DNA of 32,000 nt from Nostoc sp. PCC 7120 = FACHB-418 (GTDB taxonomy: Bacteria; Cyanobacteriota; Cyanobacteriia; Cyanobacteriales; Nostocaceae): NCBI RefSeq assembly GCF_000009705.1, contig NC_003272.1:6270001-6302000 (forward strand). The letters run 5' to 3'. The notes under the pieces were generated by a model. The model had not been told where the DNA came from. It searched no databases and worked only from the letters and a program-made list of their open reading frames with translations. The first letter of the stretch is position 1. Each line of letters starts with the position of its first letter. Below, in pieces: positions 1 through 8,839 of this stretch. The position numbers and the translations under genes were made by a program.

Positions 1-2
1 AG

Positions 3-209
3 CAAATTTGTGTCGCTATTGAAGTGGGAATTCAAAACGGTACACTAGCGATCGCCATCACGGCTGGACTGCTACAAAACGAAGATATGGCGATTCCTGC
101 GGCTATTTATAGCTTATTTATGAATCTCACGGCTTTTGCCGCCATTTACTATGGTAGAAAGTTATCCGCAACTAATTCTGTGAGTAATCATTTAGTTGGT
201 AAAGTCTAA
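3..209 (+). CDS. 3' end of a bile acid:sodium symporter (BASS) family transporter; the 5' part lies outside the window
   Basis: The frame is open from the window edge to TAA at 207-209. The translation ..EVGIQNGTLAIAITAGLL..IPAAIYSLFMNLTAFAAIYY resembles the conserved xG(M/I)QNxxLA helix and last TM segment of BASS proteins. The M at 24 in the ORF track is an internal GTG. Confidence 0.65.
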   Translation, partial: QICVAIEVGIQNGTLAIAITAGLLQNEDMAIPAAIYSLFMNLTAFAAIYYGRKLSATNSVSNHLVGKV

Positions 210-257
210 AAGGGGTTAAGGATTGGTAGGAGAGAGAGAAAAGAAAACTATTAGCAA

Positions 258-297
258 CTGACCACTGACCACTAACCACTGACCACTGACCACTAAA
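258..297. repeat. STRR-type tandem heptamer array (CTGACCA/CTAACCA, about 5.5 units)
   Basis: Direct reading gives ctgacca ctgacca ctaacca ctgacca ctgacca ctaaa. It lies between the convergent ends of the transporter and pgeF. Confidence 0.9.
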
Positions 298-1077
298 CTA
301 ATGACTAACAATCCCTGACCACTGCACTTTTTTCTGTTTTTCACGACGATAAGAGAAGAAATGCTCTGGGGTTTGGTATGTACAATAAGGTGCGATCGCT
401 ATTTGCTCTACGCTAATACCTAAGTTTTCTAGCTGCAAAGCATTGACTCGTCTGACATCAACCCTCACCCTTCCTGGTTCTGGGTCAGCTAGCAAGGGTG
501 AATGGGGTAGCTCATGTAATGAGTTGATGATTGTGTGAGCGTCTTCATGTGATGTAATACTAGCCCCAATTTCGGCGGCGACATTGACAGAAACTTGGTA
601 AACCTCACCGGCGATGGCTGGCCCCATTGCAATGCGTAAATCGGCTAACTGAGTGCCGTGTGTTTGCATCCGGGCGATCGCCTGGGGGACAATTTTCTGG
701 GCTGTACCCCGCCAACCGGCATGGAGTGCGGCGACTTGCCCAGTTTCCACGTCTCCAATCAACACGGGTGTACAATCGGCACTGGCTACCCAGATCGCTT
801 GTAAGGGTTGCTGACTCACCAAACCATCAGCAGAGGCTAAAGCCGAATCATCAGTATTGCCATCACTGTGATTGTCAACTTCTTGCGGCGTGAGAACAGT
901 ATTGCCATGCACCTGCTTCAAGCGATATGCTAATGCTTCTGGGTGCAGCACCTTTGTTAATTCATGGGGCGATCGCGGCCAAAATTGCTGTGTAAAAAAG
1001 CCGTGTTGCCAATCTTTTAAGAGACTACAACTCAGGTAAGGTAGTCCTTCCCAATTGTGCCAGTGCCAAGTGTGCAT
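298..1077 (-). CDS. pgeF: Peptidoglycan editing factor PgeF (YfiH/DUF152, laccase-domain protein)
   Basis: 259 aa with an ATG start. Family hallmarks are present: KQVHGNTVL, SADCTPVL, ALHAGWRG and PYCTYQ..FFSYRRE (the His-Cys-His triad context). Confidence 0.85.
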   Translation of the reverse strand: MHTWHWHNWEGLPYLSCSLLKDWQHGFFTQQFWPRSPHELTKVLHPEALAYRLKQVHGNTVLTPQEVDNHSDGNTDDSALASADGLVSQQPLQAIWVASADCTPVLIGDVETGQVAALHAGWRGTAQKIVPQAIARMQTHGTQLADLRIAMGPAIAGEVYQVSVNVAAEIGASITSHEDAHTIINSLHELPHSPLLADPEPGRVRVDVRRVNALQLENLGISVEQIAIAPYCTYQTPEHFFSYRREKQKKVQWSGIVSH

Positions 1078-1149
1078 CTTGAACCAAACCTAAACAGAAA
1101 ATCACTCATCAGCCAATTAATGCTAACTTGATCAACGGGATTTCGGTTA

Positions 1150-1974
1150 ATGGCTGGGGAATTTAATCAACAAAAATTAGAAACTGCGCTGCAAACAGAG
1201 CGGAAGTATGGCTATTTACCATTTTCGCTGCATATTTTTTCTACTGTCGCCTCAACTAACAAAACTCTTTGGGGATTAATCGACCAAGGTGCAGTTACAG
1301 GTTCCGTAGTTATTGCCACACAACAGACAACCGGACGGGGACAATGGGGCCGTCAGTGGGTTTCGCCAACTGGGGGATTATATGTTTCTGTCGCACTCAC
1401 TCCCAAGGTAGACGCAAATGCCAGTTATCAAATAACTTTAGCTACTGCTTGGGGGATTGCCTGTCAATTACGGGAATCTGGGGTGAATGTGGGGATTAAA
1501 TGGCCGAATGATTTAGTTTTGGAGGGACGTAAATTAGGGGGAATTTTAACAGAAACAAAAGTCAGCCAAGGTCAGATTTCCCAAGCGGTGGTTGGTGTGG
1601 GTATTAACTGGGCAAATGCAGTACCAGAGACGGGAATTAACTTAGAATCATGGCAGGCTGACCAAACACATAAACCTATATCTTGTCTGGAAACCCTCAC
1701 CAGTAAGGTTTTACTAGGAATAGAGTCCGGTATGGCGTGCCTTTTCCAAGAAGGAATTAGCATACTCTTGTCTCGCTATTCAGAATTATTGGTGAATATG
1801 GGCGATCGCGTACACGTCAATGATCTTTCCGGTATTGTAGTGGGAGTTACGCCGCAGGGAGATTTACGCGTGTCTTTAGAAACAGATTGCGTAACTGACA
1901 TCAAAGCACCAGAACTTTATTTAGAACCCGGTACAATTAGTTTGGGTTATCGTAGGTCTTTAGGTACATATTAG
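1150..1974 (+). CDS. birA: Biotin--[acetyl-CoA-carboxylase] ligase, group I (no N-terminal HTH)
   Basis: 274 aa. Contains the GRGQWGRQW (GRGRxGRxW-type) biotin-binding loop, followed by SPTGGLYVS and KWPNDL. Confidence 0.85.
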   Translation: MAGEFNQQKLETALQTERKYGYLPFSLHIFSTVASTNKTLWGLIDQGAVTGSVVIATQQTTGRGQWGRQWVSPTGGLYVSVALTPKVDANASYQITLATAWGIACQLRESGVNVGIKWPNDLVLEGRKLGGILTETKVSQGQISQAVVGVGINWANAVPETGINLESWQADQTHKPISCLETLTSKVLLGIESGMACLFQEGISILLSRYSELLVNMGDRVHVNDLSGIVVGVTPQGDLRVSLETDCVTDIKAPELYLEPGTISLGYRRSLGTY

Positions 1975-2057
1975 GTTTGTTTAAAAAATCGCTCTTTGGG
2001 CTAGACAAACCACTGTCATCATCTGTTTAGCAAAATTAAACATAAAAGAGAGAACAA

Positions 2058-3629
2058 ATGACGCAGCGCCATAACTCTGCCCATAACCATTTGCACCAAC
2101 CACAGCAACAAGGTTTGACAACAAAACGTCTAGCTTATACCTTACCAGCAAAAAGTCTGTGTTTGTTGAGTAGTGTTAGTCTTCTTAGTGGTGGATTAGT
2201 AGTTGCCCAAACGGAAACATCCATAGATAACATTGTTCCTACTATTGAAAATGCCCAGCCCACAGCAGGCACAATTACTGTCAAAAAAGATATTGTTATA
2301 CCGGAAGCATCACCAACTCAGCCCAAATTTTCCCAACGGCGAGCCTCACTCAAACAAAGATTGCGTAAGCCAGAAGTAGCTGAAACCAGACGGTCTCAAC
2401 CCAAACCTGAGTCTACGGAACCTGTGTTTAGTGTGAGACAGTCCCAACCACAGGTAGAAACTTCTCGCGTTGCTCCCACTAAAAACCCAGAAGTTAAACC
2501 CAAGGTTGCGGAAACTCCACGAGTTAACCCTACCAAAGACCCAGAAGTAGCAGCTCCTACACCTTCCCTCAGAGATAAACTTCCAGCCTTTGCCAAACCT
2601 GCCAATAATGGTGTTACGGCAGAGCAAACCAGAGATTTTAACAACGCCTACATTGACCCAAACGATTACAGTGATAAAACTGCGGGTACTTATCAAGCGC
2701 CAAATTCTGTAATCATTACAGAACGCTCCAGTGGTTGTCGTACTGTGCTGTCTTCAGGACAAGGAATTGGTAACGCCTGTGCGAAGCCTGCGGATAACCA
2801 GCGCGTAGCCAATTCCAGTGGCAAATCATCCCCCTCTTGGCTCAGAAAAAGTCAAAATGCTCAGTTAGCTACTGTACCCCCAGCCCGGCGACTACTAGCT
2901 ACTAATAACAACGCTAGATGGGGCAATTCTGGGGTCGCTGCTGCTGGCTCCACTAAAGCGGCATATCGCCCCAATCGCTTTATTCCTAACCCCGGCAATT
3001 TCGTCAGCACGACAACAGTTAGCGCAACTCCCATTGCTCCCAGTGGTGGCACACTACCCCCACCAATGGCACAGGGTAACCTTGCTCCTCGCGTCAGCAC
3101 CGTAGCTTACGACATTCCCTTGGCATCGGTATTACCACAAATTCCTTACGCCAATACCATCGCTTATCGTGGTACAGGCATGGTTTATCCTTTGGCTGTA
3201 GCTTCTCCCATCACTTCTATGTTCGGTTGGCGCATCCACCCCATCACAGGTAATCAACGCTTCCACGCCGGCACTGATTTAGGTGCGCCTACAGGTACAC
3301 CTGTTTTAGCAGCCGCCAGAGGTCAAGTAGCCACTTCTGATTGGCTTGGTGGTTATGGTTTAACCGTCATCCTCAATCATGGTTCTGCTCAACAAACCCT
3401 TTACGGGCATTTGTCAGAATTACTAGTCCAACCAGGACAATGGGTAGAACCAGGAACCGTAATTGGACGAGTCGGTAGCACTGGTAACTCCACAGGCCCT
3501 CACCTCCACTTTGAAGTGCGCCACCTGACACAAAACGGATGGGTGGCTGTTGACCCTGGTGTACAACTACAGATTGCCCTCAGCCAATTGCTCAACAATT
3601 CACGTACAGCGCGAGCTATTAGGGATTAG
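2058..3629 (+). CDS. M23 (LytM-type) family metallopeptidase with a signal-anchor and a long Pro/Lys/Glu-rich linker
   Basis: 523 aa. The C-terminal domain has HAGTDLGAPTGTPV (HxxxD) and GPHLHFEV (HxH). The N-terminal hydrophobic segment is LCLLSSVSLLSGGLVVA. The linker carries repeated PEV/KP motifs. Confidence 0.85.
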   Translation: MTQRHNSAHNHLHQPQQQGLTTKRLAYTLPAKSLCLLSSVSLLSGGLVVAQTETSIDNIVPTIENAQPTAGTITVKKDIVIPEASPTQPKFSQRRASLKQRLRKPEVAETRRSQPKPESTEPVFSVRQSQPQVETSRVAPTKNPEVKPKVAETPRVNPTKDPEVAAPTPSLRDKLPAFAKPANNGVTAEQTRDFNNAYIDPNDYSDKTAGTYQAPNSVIITERSSGCRTVLSSGQGIGNACAKPADNQRVANSSGKSSPSWLRKSQNAQLATVPPARRLLATNNNARWGNSGVAAAGSTKAAYRPNRFIPNPGNFVSTTTVSATPIAPSGGTLPPPMAQGNLAPRVSTVAYDIPLASVLPQIPYANTIAYRGTGMVYPLAVASPITSMFGWRIHPITGNQRFHAGTDLGAPTGTPVLAAARGQVATSDWLGGYGLTVILNHGSAQQTLYGHLSELLVQPGQWVEPGTVIGRVGSTGNSTGPHLHFEVRHLTQNGWVAVDPGVQLQIALSQLLNNSRTARAIRD

Positions 3630-3631
3630 GT

Positions 3632-3658
3632 ACTGGGGACTGGGGACTGGGGACTGGG
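3632..3658. repeat. STRR1 heptamer array (ACTGGGG x about 4, the complement of CCCCAGT)
   Basis: Direct reading gives actgggg actgggg actgggg actggg. A short inverted copy, ccccagt, sits at 3677-3683, so a hairpin is possible between the convergent M23 and ribE ends. Confidence 0.9.
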
Positions 3659-3707
3659 ATAGTTAATACTCCCATACCCCAGTCCTTGCAAGTCTGTGAA
3701 TTACAAA

Positions 3708-4367
3708 TTACGAATACCCATGTTCTAAAAGAAAAGCAGGCGTAATATCCTTATCTGTGGCATGACGTTGACCGGGTTGGAGAAATTTCTCGACGTACTT
3801 GCCTAAGATATCCCCTTCCAAATTTACCAAGCTGCCAGGGACAAGATAGCGAAGATTAGTCTCAGCGTAAGTAAGAGGAATAACTGCCACGGTAAACTGA
3901 GATAATTCAGGCTCGTAGGCAGCTACAGTGAGACTAATGCCATTGACAGTAATGCTACCCTTGGGGACAATGTAACGTGCGATCGCTTCCGGTGCAGTAA
4001 AGGTCATTTCCCAAGAACTGGCTGTCTGTTCAAACCCTAGCAATTGACCTACGCCATCTACATGACCCATGACAAAGTGACCGCCGACTTTGCCACCAAC
4101 TCTTAAGGAAGTTTCTAGATTGACGTATCCTTGTTGTGTTTGCTCAGTTCCTAGAGTGGTGCGGCGCAGGGTTTCGGGAGAAGCTGAGGCGATAAACCCA
4201 TCTTTTAAAATTTCTTCTACTGTTAGGCAAACACCATCTACCGCAACACTGTCACCATAAGCCAGATCCTGCATAATTGATAATGACTGACTTACACAAG
4301 TAATCTGCCAAGAATCGCCCCCTAAAGGTTTGATTGTTCCTAATGCTTGTACTAATCCTGTAAACAC
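3708..4367 (-). CDS. ribE: Riboflavin synthase (alpha chain)
   Basis: 219 aa starting (M)FTGLVQALGTI, with the second lumazine-binding repeat GHFVMGHVDGVG. The start codon is GTG (cac at 4365-4367 on the + strand). Confidence 0.9.
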   Translation of the reverse strand: MFTGLVQALGTIKPLGGDSWQITCVSQSLSIMQDLAYGDSVAVDGVCLTVEEILKDGFIASASPETLRRTTLGTEQTQQGYVNLETSLRVGGKVGGHFVMGHVDGVGQLLGFEQTASSWEMTFTAPEAIARYIVPKGSITVNGISLTVAAYEPELSQFTVAVIPLTYAETNLRYLVPGSLVNLEGDILGKYVEKFLQPGQRHATDKDITPAFLLEHGYS

Positions 4368-4705
4368 GGCTTTTTTGTAAAACTAACTTTATTTATTACT
4401 TAATTTTGCCGAAAATCCACTGGTAATTCTCACAAGAATGGCAAAAATTCTGAGTATATTTTCTGACTTTATTTATTATAAGGTTATTAACACAATTACA
4501 TCTTTCACAAGGCATACTTGGTTAAGAAGGTTATTGTCTACAAAGACCCATTTTCCATTACTCTGGTGTTCACAACCAGTTCGGAGTTTAATAGAGGCAA
4601 TTATAGAAAACAATGACTATGTTTATTCCTGGTTTTACTTACCCAATAATGGGTATTATTTATCACTTAGCCTTAATAACTCAAAGGATGATAGAGGCTT
4701 AGTCA

Positions 4706-5203
4706 ATGATTGAAATGAAAGTCGCTGGCATAGCATTAGATGCCATAACCCGCAGCCCCATCGTCTTGTTGAAAGACGCTTCTGATCGCCGAGCATTACC
4801 AATTTATATTGGTCAAGAACAGGCCAGGGCTATTATGGGCGCACTGGAGAATCAAAAGCCTCCCCGTCCCTTAACCCATGACCTGATTGTCAATATTCTG
4901 GAGACGTGGAACATGACTCTAGAAAAGGTAATTATTCATTCCTTGCAAAAAGATACATTTTATGCAGCCTTAATTGTCCAGCAAGGTGAAATCAAAAAAG
5001 AAATCGATGCACGCCCCAGTGATGCGATCGCCGTTGCTCTCCGTACAAATACCCCCATTTGGGTTATGGAAGAAGTAATAGCTGATGCTTCCATTCCTGT
5101 AGACCGTGATGCTGATGAAGCAGAACAAGAAGCCTTTCGGGAATTTATTTCCAATCTTCGTCCTGAGGATTTAATTAAGCGCTTTGGTAATGGTGACAGT
5201 TAG
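4706..5203 (+). CDS. Bifunctional nuclease (BFN/DUF151) family protein
   Basis: 165 aa. MKVAGIALDAITRSPIVLLKD..RALPIYIGQEQARAI....RPLTHDL is the characteristic BFN N-terminal core. The C-terminal tail is acidic. Confidence 0.75.
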   Translation: MIEMKVAGIALDAITRSPIVLLKDASDRRALPIYIGQEQARAIMGALENQKPPRPLTHDLIVNILETWNMTLEKVIIHSLQKDTFYAALIVQQGEIKKEIDARPSDAIAVALRTNTPIWVMEEVIADASIPVDRDADEAEQEAFREFISNLRPEDLIKRFGNGDS

Positions 5204-5419
5204 ACAAAGTGTTGAGCCATAAATTGGGGAATATTCAGGAAAAAAGACGCAAGAATTGGCATAAAAAGGCAATTTTCTGGTACTAATTTTTGTTAGTACT
5301 TAACTCTTTTAGAGAGAAGATTCATCACCTAATACTCAGGAATCAGAACGAGCTGAACATTCTGCTATCGATATCGATCTAAGCGCACTATGCCCACAGG
5401 GCTGTACTGCTCTCAAACT

Positions 5420-6550
5420 ATGCTCTACCGACGCTTTGGCAAAACTAATCTGTACCTCTCGGTTTTTTCTTTAGGGACAATGCGCTACTTGGCTGATAGC
5501 GAAAATGTGCAGCAAACTATTGCCACAGCTTTAGCGCTAGGAATTAATCATATAGAAACAGCCAGAGGTTATGGTAAAAGTGAGGAGTATTTTGGCCAAG
5601 CAATCAAAGTCGGTTTATCTGTAGCTCGTTCCCAACTTTACGTAACTACCAAAATTCCACCAACATCTGATGCTGAAAGTATGCGTCGGTACATCGATGA
5701 ATCCCTAGAACGATTGAATTTAGATTATCTGGATTGTTTAGGAATTCACGGCTTAAATACTTGGGAACATCTGGAGTGGGTACAAGCCAAAGGTGGCTGT
5801 ATGAAAGCTGTCGAGGAAGCGATTAACGACAGACGAATTAGACACGTTGGCTTCTCTACCCACGGATCATTAGAGGTAATTCAAGCAGCAATTAACACAG
5901 ATTTTTTTGAATTCGTTAACCTCCATTATTACTATTTCTTTCAAAGAAATGCCCCAGCCATCAAGCTAGCATCTGAAAAAGATATGGGCATTTTTATTAT
6001 CTCCCCAGCCGATAAGGGAGGAAAACTGTACACGGCACCCCAAACTCTCCAAGATTTGTGTCAGCCCTTTTCGCCTTTAGAATTAAACTATAGATTTTTA
6101 CTAAGTGATCAACGGATTACTACCTTGAGTGTAGGGCCAGCGACTCCAAAAGAACTGGTGGAACCCTTACAAGTTGCTGATAATTATGGCGAGCTAACAT
6201 CAGCAGAAATTGCCGTTTTTCAACGCTTACAAAATCATCAAAAATCAGTTTTAGAAACTCAACAGTGTAGCCAGTGCTATGCTTGTTTACCCTGTCCAGA
6301 AAATATCAATATTCCTGAAGTTCTTAGGTTACGGAATTTGGCAGTGGCATACAACATGACAGATTACGGACAATACCGTTACGGAATGTTTGAAAATGCT
6401 GGTCATTGGTTCCCAGGTATGAAAGCTAACCGTTGTACAGAATGCGGTGATTGTTTACCCCGGTGTCCAGAAAATTTAGATATTCCTTCTTTATTAGAAG
6501 ATGCCCACAATCGATTAAATGGCAAAGCGGGGAGAAGGTTGTGGGGATAA
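5420..6550 (+). CDS. Aldo/keto reductase fused to a C-terminal 2x[4Fe-4S]-type cysteine domain
   Basis: AKR N-terminus MLYRRFGKTNL.LSVFSLGTMR and INHIETARGYG. Two ferredoxin-like motifs: CSQCYACLPCPENINIP and CTECGDCLPRCPENLDIP. The ORF track starts at ATG 5390, but family N-termini favour ATG 5420. Confidence 0.8.
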   Translation: MLYRRFGKTNLYLSVFSLGTMRYLADSENVQQTIATALALGINHIETARGYGKSEEYFGQAIKVGLSVARSQLYVTTKIPPTSDAESMRRYIDESLERLNLDYLDCLGIHGLNTWEHLEWVQAKGGCMKAVEEAINDRRIRHVGFSTHGSLEVIQAAINTDFFEFVNLHYYYFFQRNAPAIKLASEKDMGIFIISPADKGGKLYTAPQTLQDLCQPFSPLELNYRFLLSDQRITTLSVGPATPKELVEPLQVADNYGELTSAEIAVFQRLQNHQKSVLETQQCSQCYACLPCPENINIPEVLRLRNLAVAYNMTDYGQYRYGMFENAGHWFPGMKANRCTECGDCLPRCPENLDIPSLLEDAHNRLNGKAGRRLWG

Positions 6551-6564
6551 ATCCTAATTCTTAA

Positions 6565-6753
6565 TTCGATTTATCGAGGAAGGCAGGAGGAAAGTATTTG
6601 TTAATTGACCAAAACCAGATTCGTGTAGAGCAGTTTTCTAAGACTGGGAAAAAGCAATGGAACCTGCGTGAATACAATGAAGAAGATGAAGCGATCGCAC
6701 TTGTAACGGTACCCTTTGAGATTACCTTACAGGATTTATATAACAAGGTATAA
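6565..6753 (+). pseudogene. C-terminal remnant of a Uma2 (DUF820) family endonuclease gene
   Basis: The frame of nt 6580 reads KYLLIDQNQIRVEQFSKTGKKQWNLREYNEEDEAIALVTVPFEITLQDLYNKV*, which resembles the ExWxxD..hxVY..... C-terminal module of Uma2 proteins. There is no start codon, and a TAA lies at 6562-6564 just upstream. The minus-strand ORF 6561..6842 in the track is probably its shadow. Confidence 0.5.
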
Positions 6754-7308
6754 GTTTGAGGTTGCAGAGCCGCAAGGGAAAATTGCCCCTGGTGGAGTAG
6801 AGTGAGCGATCGCCCTATAGCTGCTCTTAGTGATAAAGCCAAAATTCACACTTGGTTGACATGGCAGGAAGAACCAGGAAGACAACTACATCAGGCTATA
6901 ACGTATAAAATCTTAAATCCCCAGCATCCAAAAGCACAGACATTTGTCAAATGGTTTAAAACTTTGTATGAACGCTGATTTTTTGGTGGCTGAAAATAGC
7001 GATCGCTCTCGTAACTATAAAATCTCCAGTTTTCATGTCTGCATTTATTGCTAAATCTTCTTAAGAGCTTAACTATTCATTAGAAGTCCATAGCCAGGTA
7101 AATACCTATTTTATGGGAATACAACTACTTTACTGCTAAAATAATTGATAAATACTCTCAATTGTTTATGTAAACATCTATTTTGTTGTAATTCTGGTGT
7201 ACATCTATCTTTAGATAGGCGTAGTCAGGGATTTTTCAGGAAAAAAACTATAGTAATTAACTTATGGCAACAAAATTATAAATAAATGTTGCATTTCTAA
7301 AAAATATT

Positions 7309-7326
7309 GTTATATTAGTTTACATA
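7309..7326 (+). promoter_or_regulatory. HLR1-like direct repeat (candidate RpaB box) upstream of the HLIP gene
   Basis: GTTATATT-AG-TTTACATA versus the HLR1 consensus (G/T)TTACA(T/A)(T/A)-N2-(G/T)TTACA(T/A)(T/A), with one mismatch. The box ends 41 nt before ATG 7367. Confidence 0.5.
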
Positions 7327-7366
7327 CGGCAATAATCCTTATCAAAATTAATTTGGAGTGCCACCC

Positions 7367-7546
7367 ATGACAGACACAACAAAAATCTCTGCTTCAGTAG
7401 TTGAAGACCGCAATTCTTGGCGCTGGGGCTTTACTCCCCAGGCTGAAATCTGGAACGGTCGCCTAGCAATGATTGGCTTTTTAGCAGCCACATTAATCGA
7501 ACTGTTCTCTGGCCAAGGCTTCCTACATTTCTGGGGCATTCTGTAA
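7367..7546 (+). CDS. hli: High-light-inducible protein (HLIP/Scp, single-helix CAB family)
   Basis: [26 protein letters not shown] is the chlorophyll-binding ExxNGRxAMxGF helix. GGAG at 7355-7358 precedes ATG 7367. The M at 7358 in the track is a GTG. Confidence 0.9.
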   Translation: MTDTTKISASVVEDRNSWRWGFTPQAEIWNGRLAMIGFLAATLIELFSGQGFLHFWGIL

Positions 7547-7580
7547 TTCCTAGAAAATATAGATAATAAAAGATAAACAA

Positions 7581-7616
7581 AAAACCTGGCAGTACATTTG
7601 TACCTCCAGGTTTTTA
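7581..7616. terminator. Bidirectional intrinsic terminator between the hli and sigA 3' ends
   Basis: Stem AAAACCTGG (7581-7589) pairs with CCAGGTTTT (7606-7614). T-runs follow on the + strand (ttttt) and on the - strand (tttttgttt). Confidence 0.65.
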
Positions 7617-7666
7617 AGTTATTTGTCAGTGGTCAATAGTAAAAACAACCGAACACTGACAACTGA

Positions 7667-8839
7667 CTAGCGAATATATTCTTTCAGAACACTGTTGCGG
7701 TTGGGGTGGCGCAATTTACGGAGAGCTTTGGCTTCAATTTGCCGAATCCGTTCGCGGGTGACATTGAAGATTTGTCCAATTTCCTCTAAGGTCTTCATCC
7801 GCCCGTCATCTAAACCGTAGCGTAGACGGAGAACATCGCGTTCACGAGGGCTGAGGCTATCGAGGACTTTTTCTAAATCTTCCCGTAACAGGTTTTTAGA
7901 AACTTGGTCTTCTGGGGTTTCGCCATCAGATTCGATAAAATCACCTAAACGGGAATCTTCTTCTTTACCAATGGGTGTTTCTAATGAAATTGGTAATTGA
8001 GCAGATTTAGCGATGAACCGCAGTTTCTCGATGGTCATTTCCATGCGAGTAGCGATTTCTTCTTCCGTAGGTTTGCGTCCCATTTCTTGAGACAGCAACT
8101 TGGTGGTTTTCTTAATCCGGGAGATGGTTTCGTAGAGGTGGACTGGTAGGCGGATAGTGCGGGATTGGTCGGCGATCGCTCTAGTGATTGCCTGGCGAAT
8201 CCACCAAGTAGCGTAGGTGGAGAATTTATAACCTTTCTCATGGTCGAACTTCTCAGCCGCACGAATCAAACCAAGGCTACCTTCCTGAATCAAATCCTGG
8301 AATGATAAACCACGATTCATATACTTCTTGGCAATTGAAACCACAAGGCGCAAGTTTGATTGCACCATTTTATCTTTTGCTCTGCGGCCAATGTGCAAGC
8401 GATAACGAAAAGCTGGCAAGGGTAATTGTACGGCTTCTGCCCACTCACTGTCACGGGGATCACGTTCTAACTTTTCTGACAGTCGCTCCCGCACCCGTTC
8501 TAATTCTAATAAGTCAGCGATTTTTCTAGCAAGTTCAATTTCTTCATCTGCCCGCAACAAACGAATTCGACCAATTTCTTGCAAATACAGACGAATAGAA
8601 TCTTCTGTGTAGTGCTTTTTCTTGCTTTGTGTCCGACGACGCGACTTAGCGGCTTTTCCAGACTTTGCGTCGTCCTCATCAGTCTGAGGCTCTAAAAACT
8701 CATCAATGTCGCCATCATCAGCGAGCAACAAATCCTCATCTTCTTCAATGAGGAGGTCATCTAACTCGATTTCAGGCTGATTCATTATTTCTAGGTCAGG
8801 CTGATAAATGCTATCGAGTACGTTGTTAGCCTGGTTCAT
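7667..8839 (-). CDS. sigA: Principal (group 1) RNA polymerase sigma factor SigA/RpoD
   Basis: 390 aa. Acidic N-terminus; region 1.2 [12 protein letters not shown]; region 2 [40 protein letters not shown]; region 4 [30 protein letters not shown]. Confidence 0.95.
   Translation of the reverse strand: MNQANNVLDSIYQPDLEIMNQPEIELDDLLIEEDEDLLLADDGDIDEFLEPQTDEDDAKSGKAAKSRRRTQSKKKHYTEDSIRLYLQEIGRIRLLRADEEIELARKIADLLELERVRERLSEKLERDPRDSEWAEAVQLPLPAFRYRLHIGRRAKDKMVQSNLRLVVSIAKKYMNRGLSFQDLIQEGSLGLIRAAEKFDHEKGYKFSTYATWWIRQAITRAIADQSRTIRLPVHLYETISRIKKTTKLLSQEMGRKPTEEEIATRMEMTIEKLRFIAKSAQLPISLETPIGKEEDSRLGDFIESDGETPEDQVSKNLLREDLEKVLDSLSPRERDVLRLRYGLDDGRMKTLEEIGQIFNVTRERIRQIEAKALRKLRHPNRNSVLKEYIR

Noticed and set aside
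627-3100. ORF-track entries 627-893(+), 1269-1499(+), 1572-1763(-), 2346-2696(-), 2396-2644(-) and 2861-3100(-)
   Set aside because: All lie entirely inside, and mostly antisense to, well-supported genes (pgeF, birA, M23 peptidase). Their translations are low complexity or Arg/Ser/Cys-rich, typical of shadow frames.
4368-4705. FMN riboswitch upstream of ribE
   Set aside because: Reading the minus-strand leader shows none of the conserved FMN-element helices or the AGGATAGTCCGAG-like core. The region is simply AT-rich.
4438-4713. 91-aa ORF upstream of the BFN gene
   Set aside because: The translation is AT-rich and dominated by Ile/Asn/Tyr/Leu/Ser. It has no recognisable motif or RBS and overlaps the BFN start. 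It most likely lies in the divergent ribE/BFN promoter region.
6561-6842. 93-aa minus-strand ORF
   Set aside because: It lies antisense to the plus-strand frame that reads as a Uma2 C-terminal fragment, and it has no motif of its own. I treat it as a shadow ORF.
8035-8529. ORFs 8035-8262(-) and 8302-8529(+) inside sigA
   Set aside because: They are alternative frames of a highly conserved gene and have no independent support.
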